From the IMG/VR virus record IMGVR_UViG_3300020112_000604, positions 96,001 to 160,000 of that record: a DNA stretch of 64,000 nucleotides; one strand, given 5' to 3'. Positions 47,596 to 57,071 of the stretch are shown here, piece after piece. The position numbers were made by a program, and so were the translations under genes. Positions within the stretch are counted from its first letter, which is position 1; the number at the start of each line of letters is the position of its first letter. The notes under the pieces were generated by a model that worked only from the letters and a program-made list of their open reading frames with translations, was not told the origin of the DNA and did no database searches. The DNA is from a virus. Taxonomy: Duplodnaviria; Caudoviricetes.

Positions 47596-48087
47596 TTATC
47601 CATGTTTATGCTTTCGCCAAGAGTACACATACATCTCAGCCTGTTTGTTGTCATCACATTGCTCAAATCCTAAAGACTTGTATAGTTTCTGAGCCTTTGT
47701 GTTTGTGTATGATACCTGGAGTTTAATTTGAGTGTGTTTACTCATAATGTCTTTCAGTATCTTGGTTCCTAAGCCGGACCCACGATATTCGGGTTTAAGG
47801 AATATCTCTCCGATATACCACCAAGCACCACCGTCTATCGAACACTGAGTAAGCATTCCTGCAGATTTGTCATCTCCAATGACAATCATTTGTGTATCTT
47901 TAACTGATTCTTTAACGTCATCACGGATAGCTTTCTGAATCCACGCTTTGTCACGCTGTTTAGGTGATATGGAATCCATTTCCATATCGTACATTGTATC
48001 TTCGTCTTTAGTAGTAGCTCTACGTAATGTATACGTCATAGCAGCTTCGTTAATTGAGAACACTGACATATTGAAATCCATAGACAA
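47596..48087 (-). CDS. GNAT acetyltransferase with a head-protein-like leader
   Basis: IFLKPEYRGSGLGT and NTKAQKLYKSLGF; N-terminal MDFNMSVFSINE/A; late promoter at 48107-48119. Confidence 0.85.
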   Translation of the reverse strand: MSMDFNMSVFSINEAAMTYTLRRATTKDEDTMYDMEMDSISPKQRDKAWIQKAIRDDVKESVKDTQMIVIGDDKSAGMLTQCSIDGGAWWYIGEIFLKPEYRGSGLGTKILKDIMSKHTQIKLQVSYTNTKAQKLYKSLGFEQCDDNKQAEMYVYSWRKHKHG

Positions 48088-48167
48088 TTCACCTCCCTAA
48101 GCTCTGTTATAAAAAAGTTGAGAAAAAAAAATAATGGGGAGCTTTTTAAGCTCCCCATACAAGTGGT

Positions 48168-49736
48168 TTAAATCATAAGAATGTACTGCAGATATTCTCT
48201 GATAATCAGTTCGCTCTGCTCTGTCGGAATCCTGATGTCGTTGATTTCGTTTCTCGGGTCAACGATGTATATCTCTGAAGACAACAGTGATGCGATCGTT
48301 TCGATAACGCTGTTCATTACCTTCGGAGACATGTACTTCTTCTGTACAGCCTGGTATTCTTCCATCTGTTCCAACCGCACTGAATCCTTACGATTGATGA
48401 ACGACTTTGCCGCAAGTTTGCTGATTCGTCCTGAAATGATGTAAGGGAATATCTTGAGATTTGCATTCAGCAATCTTTCCTTTGCAAGAATGATTAACGC
48501 TACATAATCTCTTATCGTGATTTCACGAATTGATGCTGTATCACCAAATTCTGCATTCCAAAGATTGAGAATCATTCTTCTCTGGAAACCATCCTTTGGC
48601 TGAAGCTGCTGATTATTTTTGGTTAACTGAGCAATGTAGTAGTTTACTTCATCTACCGTAGGTCTACGATATTTGTTGTAAATTGTTTCCATTGTGTACT
48701 CACAGTTAACCTGATTCTGAATCATTAATCCGATATCAGCCTTTTCACGCTGCATCTCAAATCTGTCGAGAGGTGTAGAATTATCTTCACCATCTCTCTT
48801 CGATGAGTCGTGAATAATGAAGTCGTACTCATAGGATATATCAGTAATCTGATGTCCTATTGAGTTCTTAATAACCGCGATATTATAGTTTAACGGATTG
48901 TCGTTATAAGTGTACTTAGGGAATGATGACAAGAGAATAGTTGACACAGTTGCACAAGTATTTGTGATTGCGTCAATGCCTCTTATCTGACATGTGTCCC
49001 AAAGTTTCTTGTCATTCTTCGCAAGACTTGAAACGATGGTCATAACGGTTTCCTGAATCTTTGCGTGGATGTCGATTGTTGGATACAGATCCAGTATCAT
49101 CTGTACAATTTGACTTAAAAACGCATTGAAGTCCGTCTGCTTACTTACATACGCATAGTGAGCAACGATTGGAAGTAAGATGTCCATGATTGTAGACATT
49201 TCCATCATTGTCATTACGTGTACCGTGTCGTAACAGAGTGCGTCATTTGTTGACGCATACGGTTTAACCAATTTGTTGTTAAACTGTTCCTGATTAAGCT
49301 GTCTCATCTTAGATAACAACGTTGGTTTGTTTGGATTCAATGTCAGGAAGTAACGCTGAATGTCGCACTTAAACATGTCTACGGTGTACTCTTCCTTTAA
49401 GATTAAATCACACTGAGCTTTGATATTAGCATATACCAATATCAATTCTCTATCCGGGTCATAGAACTTCTCGAAGTAGTTGATGTACTTGAAAAGCTTT
49501 GGCTTGATACCGTCAAGGTATCTCTTCTTTGATTTCAGGCAGAATGAATCAAGCTCGAAGCTTGCTTCTTTCATACCTAATGCATAACTGACTGGTGCCA
49601 TGATTGTGTCCTTAGTATATGTGATTAACATATCATTCGGACCCGGTTGCCAATCGTCAATTGGCCATCTCGTATTGTTAACCTGAGCTAATGTTGGTCT
49701 CTTTCCTATCCACTGTTCTGGTGTATAGAATTCCAT
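48168..49736 (-). CDS. putative non-virion RNAP promoter-specificity subunit (AR9 gp226/phiKZ gp68-like)
   Basis: 522-aa ORF under an early promoter (49784-49791), two genes from the chaperonin as in AR9 (g226 and g228); inferred from size, synteny and promoter class, not from a sequence motif. Confidence 0.55.
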   Translation of the reverse strand: MEFYTPEQWIGKRPTLAQVNNTRWPIDDWQPGPNDMLITYTKDTIMAPVSYALGMKEASFELDSFCLKSKKRYLDGIKPKLFKYINYFEKFYDPDRELILVYANIKAQCDLILKEEYTVDMFKCDIQRYFLTLNPNKPTLLSKMRQLNQEQFNNKLVKPYASTNDALCYDTVHVMTMMEMSTIMDILLPIVAHYAYVSKQTDFNAFLSQIVQMILDLYPTIDIHAKIQETVMTIVSSLAKNDKKLWDTCQIRGIDAITNTCATVSTILLSSFPKYTYNDNPLNYNIAVIKNSIGHQITDISYEYDFIIHDSSKRDGEDNSTPLDRFEMQREKADIGLMIQNQVNCEYTMETIYNKYRRPTVDEVNYYIAQLTKNNQQLQPKDGFQRRMILNLWNAEFGDTASIREITIRDYVALIILAKERLLNANLKIFPYIISGRISKLAAKSFINRKDSVRLEQMEEYQAVQKKYMSPKVMNSVIETIASLLSSEIYIVDPRNEINDIRIPTEQSELIIREYLQYILMI

Positions 49737-49806
49737 AATTGATGTCCTCCTTTTCCGAGCAGACTTCTATCTACTTCACCCTTATAATATATAAGTGTTT
49801 TTCTGA

Positions 49807-50574
49807 TTAACGTTTACGGGTTTTACCAACGGTTTTGGTTGTCTTAGTTTGTCCGACGGTACGAGTTGTTTTGCTCTTTCCGGTAGGCTTTGATGGATTA
49901 ACCGTGTTGACAATCTTGTCAACTGTATCCTGAATCTCTGATGGAAGCTTCTGAATCTTCTTTTCAACCTTACGTTCAAATCGGTTTATCTTATTTGTCG
50001 TATCGATCTTGTGTCTTACTGAGGCATCAGTATGAATCTTGCCATTTATGATAATCTGACTGTACTTTGCCGGATGCATCATAGCGATATTCTCTTTATT
50101 GAAGAGATTGAGTTTATGCATTACGAGATATGCGAAGTAAAATGACTTGCACATTCTCAGATTATGGTCTGGATTAGTATGTACCGGTTCCTGTTTAAGA
50201 GCCAGTTCATTAAGCTTGAACTTGAGAGAATCGATAAGCATGTTCTCCTTATTGAAACACCAGCAATAGTAATAGATGAATCCTGGGTCATTCGAGAAGA
50301 ACTTAACTTCGTATTCGGATATTGTCTTGTTTGTAATCTGCTTATCGTTCTTAGGGATAAACTGAAGTACTACGTCATACTTAACGTTCTTTAGTTTAGC
50401 GTCAGGAATGTAGAAGTAGAACCAGTATTCATCTCCCTTTGTATATATAGCCACTTCGGGCATCTTGTTTTCTCTGATAATGATATCGTTAAGCTTGTTA
50501 GAGTAAGACTGCATCAGTTCTCGGTTAGTCTGATTAGCAAGCTTAGGATCGTTAATGTATTCTAATAAAGTCAT
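49807..50574 (-). CDS. hypothetical protein with basic C-terminus
   Basis: Likely start MTLLEY after AAAGGAG; YDVVLQF and KFFSNDPGF motifs. Confidence 0.65.
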   Translation of the reverse strand: MTLLEYINDPKLANQTNRELMQSYSNKLNDIIIRENKMPEVAIYTKGDEYWFYFYIPDAKLKNVKYDVVLQFIPKNDKQITNKTISEYEVKFFSNDPGFIYYYCWCFNKENMLIDSLKFKLNELALKQEPVHTNPDHNLRMCKSFYFAYLVMHKLNLFNKENIAMMHPAKYSQIIINGKIHTDASVRHKIDTTNKINRFERKVEKKIQKLPSEIQDTVDKIVNTVNPSKPTGKSKTTRTVGQTKTTKTVGKTRKR

Positions 50575-50660
50575 AAGAACTTTAGCTCCTTTCTTCTTAA
50601 CGTAAAAGGCGGAGTCAGAATAATCTGACTCCGTCAATTACAAGAATTATATATAGGAAA

Positions 50661-52430
50661 TTAGAGGTCTTCTGGTTCTGGTCCGTAAGATGTGTAGTTC
50701 ACATCTGAAAGGATGAACTGGTTTGATGTGAAGATGAGCATAAGAATCTTTGAAATTGTCTTAAGGATGCAGATATCTGTTTCGATAGATGACAGCACCT
50801 TTCCGTCGAAGTCCTTAGTTCTGAGGTTGAATGGGCAACCCTTTTCAAGTGATTCGTTTGCGAGTTCTTCAGCCTTTGCATCGTCGCCGCTTACGGATGT
50901 GATGTAAAGTGCCTTTGTAAGTTCACGATAAGCAGTCTTAATGATACCGAGAATCTTCTGTGTTTCTTCATCATCAGAAGTTCTTTCTGTAACTGCACGG
51001 AATGCTTCGAAGTTAGCACCGAAACCTACACCGTACTGTGATGCTGAACGAGCGTTGAGTACTGCGTCATCAAGTGCGTCGAGTTCCATGTCTCTATCCT
51101 GTGCAGAGATACCGCCGTATGAAATCTGAACCATACGTCCCTTAAGGCCGTTAATTCTCTTTTTATAATTGAAAGTATCTGTGAGTGGAGCACCGTCCTT
51201 AGACATTTCCGCATACTTAGCTTCGAGTTCACGGAGCTTGTTTGAGTATATATCTGTAGGTGTTCCATCTTCGTTGTACATGCATGCAGGTGAGTATGCC
51301 TTGCATGATGTGAATGTAGCTTCAACAGCTGCAGCATGACCTGCAAATGATCTGAAGTTAGCCTGTGTAACAGCCTTACCTGTCTTTTCCATGTACTTCT
51401 TGTTTTCGGGGTCAAGGTACTTGCAGATGTGCTTACCGCCTGACATTGTGCAGAGGTCATCCATAGATGGCTTATCAACTGAAGTTACGTTTGGAATAAG
51501 GAGGAATGGAGGCTTCTGGTCGTAAGGGCAAGCAGCCATCATTTCTTCTACCTGTGCAAGGTATGCTGAATAGTCCGGTGTGAAGTGTGGGCAGATAACT
51601 ACTGTAGGTGTGTACTTACGTTCAGCAAGAAGCTTTTCGCTAGGTGTCTTACCCGCAGCAATAAGTCTGTCGCATTCTGTCATTGCAGCGATTGGCTTAG
51701 CAATGTTTTCGTTGAATATAATTTCGAATGTGTGAAGCTGTTCAGCATTGTCAATCGGATCATCAAAGAAGTAGATTTCCGGATTTTTGATTATGCATGT
51801 GTTTCCAGGTCCGTTTACGTATACGCCGCTCTTGAAGCCTTCGAATATCATCATACCGTCAAAGTCAATGATTTCTGTTTTGCTGTCTGAAGAAGCGACT
51901 GTTTCGATAAGTACATCAAGACCGTACTTGTCGTACTGATCCATGATAAGGTTAACGAGATCTTCTCTGCCGTTTGTTGAGATATAGCAGATGTCTCTGA
52001 TGAGTTCCGGTGTAGCATCCTTGGCATTCTTCTTGATGTCTTCGCAAAGCATGTCGATTACTTCACCGAATTTTGTCATGATGCCCTGACGGTCGTATTC
52101 ACGATCAGCCGGATACATCTTGTTGAGCTCGTTGAAGAGCAGATAAGAAAGCATTACGATTGAAGTTGTAGCATCGCCGACTACCTTAGCCTGCTGCTGA
52201 CACTGTGAATCGATATCTGCTTTGATTGAGTTTTCAATTTCGCCGCTGAAATTAATCTCTCTTACTACAGAGAGACCATCCTTTGTGAACTTCGGGAACA
52301 TGTTTGGCTTGTAAATGTTTGTAACAGAGCCATTCGGTCCGAATGTTCTTCTGAGTGCTTTGTACATCTCCTTGAGAGTTGCGAGCTGTACACTTCTTAA
52401 TACTACTGGTCCTACAATATTTGTTTTCAT
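50661..52430 (-). CDS. groEL: GroEL-like phage chaperonin
   Basis: TFGPNG, TKDGLSV, GDATTS, DDAVLNARSA..GVGFG. Confidence 0.9.
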   Translation of the reverse strand: MKTNIVGPVVLRSVQLATLKEMYKALRRTFGPNGSVTNIYKPNMFPKFTKDGLSVVREINFSGEIENSIKADIDSQCQQQAKVVGDATTSIVMLSYLLFNELNKMYPADREYDRQGIMTKFGEVIDMLCEDIKKNAKDATPELIRDICYISTNGREDLVNLIMDQYDKYGLDVLIETVASSDSKTEIIDFDGMMIFEGFKSGVYVNGPGNTCIIKNPEIYFFDDPIDNAEQLHTFEIIFNENIAKPIAAMTECDRLIAAGKTPSEKLLAERKYTPTVVICPHFTPDYSAYLAQVEEMMAACPYDQKPPFLLIPNVTSVDKPSMDDLCTMSGGKHICKYLDPENKKYMEKTGKAVTQANFRSFAGHAAAVEATFTSCKAYSPACMYNEDGTPTDIYSNKLRELEAKYAEMSKDGAPLTDTFNYKKRINGLKGRMVQISYGGISAQDRDMELDALDDAVLNARSASQYGVGFGANFEAFRAVTERTSDDEETQKILGIIKTAYRELTKALYITSVSGDDAKAEELANESLEKGCPFNLRTKDFDGKVLSSIETDICILKTISKILMLIFTSNQFILSDVNYTSYGPEPEDL

Positions 52431-52487
52431 GTTTAGTCCTCCTATATATAATTTTATATACTTAATAGTTATGAATGATGTATTATT

Positions 52488-53348
52488 TTACTTGGCATAT
52501 GCGTTGTATGAGCCAACCTGACAGTTGAGTGTAACCATCGCGAATAACAGATTCTGATCGATATTAACGTAGTTTTCTTTCATCATATTCCTTGACCAGT
52601 TTGGAACAAGAATTGATGTATTGGTTAAAACGTTAATATCTTCGCCATCTGCTACAAGTGACAGGCCATCCTTTAAATCGTCAATATTTTCGATGTAGAC
52701 TTCGTCTGCTCCCGATATATCGCCGATGAGAGTGGTCTTTCCCGACATCATCGTAGTAATTTGTGTATTACTATCGGGATATGTCTTTTTAAGTTCAGCA
52801 AGAACTCGGTTGAATACATCCGCCTTGATAGAAGCAATGTCGTTGTTTTCTGAACGACAAAGTATATCGATAGTAGCCGATGTTTCAGACACGAGCTTTT
52901 CAAAGAACGCGAAGATTGATGTCTTAAAGAATGATGCCGATATAAGGACATCTCGCATAACCTTAACGTTATTGGTGATGTCGTAATACAGCTCATCAAG
53001 TTCTTCAGGGTCTGTAGAGATATCGTAATTGCGTATCGGATTACGATTCTGTCTGTCTCCGAGTAATGCTCTAAACATTTCTGTATTAGGAGCATCAACG
53101 TGAGTAAGCTGCCATGCCCAGTGTGTCTTGTCGTTGGATACAGCTAAGGCTAAGTAAGAGCCTATAGCTACATCTATATCGAACAGACAATCAAAGTCCA
53201 TGACGATATGTGTTGTTTTCGTAAATGCCATTTTAAACTCATCCTCCGTAGCGTTGAGATAATCTTCAATCTTAGCAGGTTTAGAATGAAGTCTAACCAA
53301 CTTAAGGCTCTTCTCCGATATCCTTAAGCTAAAATCTACGCTTTCCAT
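52488..53348 (-). CDS. HAD-like hypothetical protein
   Basis: IVMDFDCLFD resembles HAD motif I. Confidence 0.45.
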   Translation of the reverse strand: MESVDFSLRISEKSLKLVRLHSKPAKIEDYLNATEDEFKMAFTKTTHIVMDFDCLFDIDVAIGSYLALAVSNDKTHWAWQLTHVDAPNTEMFRALLGDRQNRNPIRNYDISTDPEELDELYYDITNNVKVMRDVLISASFFKTSIFAFFEKLVSETSATIDILCRSENNDIASIKADVFNRVLAELKKTYPDSNTQITTMMSGKTTLIGDISGADEVYIENIDDLKDGLSLVADGEDINVLTNTSILVPNWSRNMMKENYVNIDQNLLFAMVTLNCQVGSYNAYAK

Positions 53349-53360
53349 AAATAATCCTCC

Positions 53361-53546
53361 TTATTCGTTATCGTCGTCATTTCCGACGCACATACAAAGA
53401 AATATAAGCAACAGACATAATCCGTATGCTAATATTCCTCTGAATGATAATAACACGGCTGTTGGTACAGTAAATACAAACCAGACTATCATAAGTCCGG
53501 CTATTATGACGAATTTACCTAAATCAGATTTAAAGAAACGTTTCAC
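53361..53546 (-). CDS. small two-TM membrane protein
   Basis: Two hydrophobic segments. Confidence 0.65.
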   Translation of the reverse strand: MKRFFKSDLGKFVIIAGLMIVWFVFTVPTAVLLSFRGILAYGLCLLLIFLCMCVGNDDDNE

Positions 53547-53558
53547 ATATGACGCCCC

Positions 53559-53744
53559 CTATTCGGTTGCGGTCAAATGAAAACGAATTTCATCAATATC
53601 CGGGTTGGTTTCTTTCATGTGTTTTGACCATTCGGTAGCTTCTGTTCCTGATGTACACCGAAATGTTCCATATGTTATTGAACCGTTCTTTTTGATGTAT
53701 TCGATGACATACACCAGCACCTTATTTTCGTTTGAATCAGCCAT
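53559..53744 (-). CDS. small hypothetical protein
   Basis: AGGAGG RBS. Confidence 0.65.
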   Translation of the reverse strand: MADSNENKVLVYVIEYIKKNGSITYGTFRCTSGTEATEWSKHMKETNPDIDEIRFHLTATE

Positions 53745-53757
53745 GAATCATTCCTCC

Positions 53758-53901
53758 TTAACAAAATCTTACACCATAATCTTCCATGGACCAAACATCA
53801 TTACCATACTTAATCTGCCCATCTCTGATTACAAGCCATTCGTCCATTTCGCTTACAAGCACATTTTCTCCAGTCTTTTTATTGAATATTTCAAATCTCA
53901 T
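53758..53901 (-). CDS. small hypothetical protein
   Basis: Likely start MRFEIF after AGGAGG. Confidence 0.6.
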   Translation of the reverse strand: MRFEIFNKKTGENVLVSEMDEWLVIRDGQIKYGNDVWSMEDYGVRFC

Positions 53902-53994
53902 ATTCAATTCCTCCTTAACAAAAAAAAATAATACGGTGACAGATGCTTGTGACATCCGTCACCATCCCGTATTATTTTTTAGTTTCGGCCGCTG

Positions 53995-54210
53995 TTATTT
54001 TTTATTCTGGTCATCATATTCTTTTGCAACAGATTTGACGCCGATGGCTTCAAGTGTTGTTGAGATGATGCACATGATTACCAGTGCCCATGTGGATGAT
54101 GTGTTTGGAATGCCAAGTTTAATAAGAATAGCAACTGCGATCCATATCGCTACATTCATCGGAATACTCCAACGACATGTTTTGAGAATGTACTTTGTTT
54201 TCTTACTCAT
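53995..54210 (-). CDS. small two-TM membrane protein
   Basis: Likely start MSKKTK after AGGAGG; two hydrophobic helices. Confidence 0.65.
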   Translation of the reverse strand: MSKKTKYILKTCRWSIPMNVAIWIAVAILIKLGIPNTSSTWALVIMCIISTTLEAIGVKSVAKEYDDQNKK

Positions 54211-54224
54211 AATGCATAGCCTCC

Positions 54225-54404
54225 TCACATCTTAGTACATGATAATGTACTTACGATTAGACATGCGAGCGATATTACTGATGCCGGGGTTTCAGGAAGG
54301 ATACCCTTACATGCAGCAAATACAGAAATAACCGACATCAGTATTGCAACTGATGCCAGAATAATCATTGAAGTTTTTGATGTTTCTTTCTTTGGCGTAG
54401 CCAT
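54225..54404 (-). CDS. 59-aa two-TM membrane protein (not in the ORF track)
   Basis: GGAGG RBS; MATPKKETSKTSMIILASVAILMSVISVFAACKGILPETPASVISLACLIVSTLSCTKM. Confidence 0.65.
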   Translation of the reverse strand: MATPKKETSKTSMIILASVAILMSVISVFAACKGILPETPASVISLACLIVSTLSCTKM

Positions 54405-54407
54405 ATT

Positions 54408-54644
54408 TCATTCCTCCGTTTTATACGTGTTGTTGATTGCCTCAATAGCATCACAAAGTATGCACAGACATGCCAAGAAGACGATTCCGCATATAAAATA
54501 GCGGAACCATCCTGAATGACATTCTATTACACATACCTGAAATGTACCAATCATAATTCCTGAAAAGAATGCGTATGTCAGTACCTTAATGATTATTCTT
54601 TTTATTCTTTGCTTCAGTTTCTGCAGAGACTGGGAATGGGTCAT
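54408..54644 (-). CDS. small two-TM membrane protein
   Basis: AGGAGG RBS; two hydrophobic helices. Confidence 0.6.
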   Translation of the reverse strand: MTHSQSLQKLKQRIKRIIIKVLTYAFFSGIMIGTFQVCVIECHSGWFRYFICGIVFLACLCILCDAIEAINNTYKTEE

Positions 54645-54915
54645 TAGTCATCATCCTCCTATCATCCTTGTCATCCGAAAATCCTTCTGTAATTCTGATC
54701 ATGTCGTCGAAGAGCTTGTGTCTTGCTTCAACGTTGTTTACAGCTGCCTTGAATGTCTTGTCATCATTCGGTGTCATAAATTCGTTAAGCAGATTGTAGA
54801 GAATAAGGGTTCCCACAAGCACACAAACGAATCCTATGATTGACTGCGGGTCAAAGATAAGAGCTATTGTGATTGCGATTGCTGCTGATGCTGAATTCTT
54901 AACAAACTTTCTCAT
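54586..54915 (-). CDS. two-TM membrane protein
   Basis: N-terminal hydrophobic hairpin; GGAG RBS. Confidence 0.65.
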   Translation of the reverse strand: MRKFVKNSASAAIAITIALIFDPQSIIGFVCVLVGTLILYNLLNEFMTPNDDKTFKAAVNNVEARHKLFDDMIRITEGFSDDKDDRRMMTNDPFPVSAETEAKNKKNNH

Positions 54916-54930
54916 TGTTATTTCCTCCCA

Positions 54931-55797
54931 TTATTCAAAAGATGCTTCTCTTACAACTGGAATAGCGTCTTCTGGTATTATATTCCAATCTTCTTCATGC
55001 CAGATGATTTCGCCATTTTCGTCAAATTCGAAAACGTCTTCACCAACGACTCTTGTATATGCAACTTCAGGTTCCTTCTCAACTTCAGCTTCTGTTACCA
55101 GAGCTGTCTCGATTTCTTCAACCTCAACTTCAGTTACCGGAGCTACTTCTGTTTCTTCAACTTCAGATTCAACAGTTTCTTCAGCTGCTGCGTCTTCTGT
55201 TGTACATGTTGTCATCTTGGTAATAAAGTTATTACCAACTGGTTCGGATACCTTGTTGTTACCACCAACGTCTCCGAATTCTCTGAATCGTACCTGAGGT
55301 TCTTCTGGTGATTCAGTTGTTATGGATTCCACAGTCTCATCAATAGATGCCTGGATTCCTCTCTGAATCATACCTCCAGTCTGGTAGTCCTTAACCATTA
55401 TACCAAGGACTACCATTCCTACCCACATAGCTAACCAAGGCCAAGCCTCGCTTGACTTGCAGCCTTCGCTGTGATTCTTCTTATCAACCATCATCGCATT
55501 CTTTGTGTTGTTCGCGATGAGAAGTAATATACCGAGCGGAGTGATTGCGATTTCAGTTAAGATAACGAGAAGCCATACAAGCCCAAGTGTGCCGCGCTTA
55601 CGTACTTTATCGCGTGAAAACTCTGTAGCGGCTTCATGTGACTCGTCAAAAGGCTTAGGCCAATTCCAAATTGTTTTTCTTAAACGTCTCCACTTTTCCG
55701 GAGTACCAACAAGTTTTGACTGGTACTTCTGTGGCTTTGTTGGTGCTGGTGTTGTTTCCTTTGTACTTCCAAATCCAAGTAAGTTTCTGATATTCAT
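54931..55797 (-). CDS. membrane protein with acidic C-terminal domain
   Basis: Two TM regions and an E/T-rich tail; AGGAGG RBS. Confidence 0.7.
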   Translation of the reverse strand: MNIRNLLGFGSTKETTPAPTKPQKYQSKLVGTPEKWRRLRKTIWNWPKPFDESHEAATEFSRDKVRKRGTLGLVWLLVILTEIAITPLGILLLIANNTKNAMMVDKKNHSEGCKSSEAWPWLAMWVGMVVLGIMVKDYQTGGMIQRGIQASIDETVESITTESPEEPQVRFREFGDVGGNNKVSEPVGNNFITKMTTCTTEDAAAEETVESEVEETEVAPVTEVEVEEIETALVTEAEVEKEPEVAYTRVVGEDVFEFDENGEIIWHEEDWNIIPEDAIPVVREASFE

Positions 55798-55832
55798 AAT
55801 TTTTCCTCCTCATACGTTGAGTTCTTTTCTTC

Positions 55833-57050
55833 TTATCTTACGAACGCTTCCCATGATTCTGGGATAGGTTCATACTGCCCGCTGTTTCCGGTGAGATTTA
55901 CTAAGCCATTGTAAGCCTTAGCGAAATCCGGGAACAGTGTTATTATTAATTCTTCATCAGAGTTTGATTCAATCAAGCTCTTCATGTTTGTGATTGGACG
56001 AATGTTTGATGACTCGCCTAATCCGGTTTTGTAAATGTCCATACCGTTTGTGATGATTTTCATAAGTTCGTCGTTAACCGGATTGGCAACTTCCGGAACG
56101 ATCGACTGAGGTTCTGGTTCTGGTACGAATGGTTCTTCAAACGCAGCTTCAGTTGTTTCCTCAGGTGTTGTTTCTTCGATAGTAGCTTCTTCTGTCATTG
56201 GGGTATCTCCTCCGTCGACGGAATCGATTCCACTATCTTCTGAAGTGTTATCCTGAACCGCCTCCACATTCTCCTCTTCTGGACGAATGTCAGGCTCTTT
56301 AATATTAGCTTCTTCACCCTCACCATAGTCTGATGAATCGGCCTCGTCTGCCGATTTGTCTGAGGGTGTTGTCTTGTCAAAGAAGGCGTCGTCCTTGTTG
56401 TTTGTATAAAACTTTTCCGGAAGACCAAATCCTGCTGCTCCGCTTCTGAATGTCTGTGCGATACTTTCAACTTCCCATACAAACAAGTCGTTGTACTGGG
56501 TGAACTGATTATCGACAAGCGTCTTTGTCATGATGACTCCGATTGAGATGTCCTGAATGTCGTCAACCCCAAACAGAGTGCAGGTTCTGTTGACGAGAGA
56601 TTTGCAGAGTCCGTATTCTGGTCCTGCACAAATGTGCCACCAGAATGTCTCGTTACTTGTGACGTCCTGGATGACACGTACGGCATCCGATACACGTTTA
56701 AAATTACATGTCTGAATCGAATTAAAATCGAAATCAGACATCTGAAGCTCATATGTGAATTCATCTTCCGGCTGTTCTATTGATTCGGAAACGCGTGCTT
56801 CCGCATCATAGAAAGCTGTCTCAAAATCTGAGTCTTCATCTTTCTTGTCGTTTGTTAACTGTGAGAATGCGTCTGCAACAGCCTCAAAGGCTGCTACAGT
56901 ACGGATACCCTTTACGTTAAAGGTGTTGCTGATGTTGTTCAGCACACCTCCAAGTCTCTTGAGTTTTTTGTGAACCTCTTCCGGTGTTCTCTTATCAACA
57001 TCGAGTTCGAGTATTTCTGCAATTTTCTTAAGCTGGTCTGACTTAGTCAT
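55833..57050 (-). CDS. acidic hypothetical protein
   Basis: 405 aa; AGGAAAGG RBS. Confidence 0.7.
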   Translation of the reverse strand: MTKSDQLKKIAEILELDVDKRTPEEVHKKLKRLGGVLNNISNTFNVKGIRTVAAFEAVADAFSQLTNDKKDEDSDFETAFYDAEARVSESIEQPEDEFTYELQMSDFDFNSIQTCNFKRVSDAVRVIQDVTSNETFWWHICAGPEYGLCKSLVNRTCTLFGVDDIQDISIGVIMTKTLVDNQFTQYNDLFVWEVESIAQTFRSGAAGFGLPEKFYTNNKDDAFFDKTTPSDKSADEADSSDYGEGEEANIKEPDIRPEEENVEAVQDNTSEDSGIDSVDGGDTPMTEEATIEETTPEETTEAAFEEPFVPEPEPQSIVPEVANPVNDELMKIITNGMDIYKTGLGESSNIRPITNMKSLIESNSDEELIITLFPDFAKAYNGLVNLTGNSGQYEPIPESWEAFVR

Positions 57051-57071
57051 AAGTATAACTTCCTTTCCTTA

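Noticed and set aside
54586-54665. 59-nt overlap of two membrane genes as programmed recoding
   Set aside because: One extra base near 54660 would give an EDDD-stop with ordinary TAATG coupling. A simple indel, possibly an assembly error, is more likely, and it warns that the other frameshifts may be errors too.
55793-55804. 12-nt match between array unit 3 and the start region of 54931..55797 as a proven target
   Set aside because: It is short and almost all A/T, so it is expected by chance; a statistical target search is needed.
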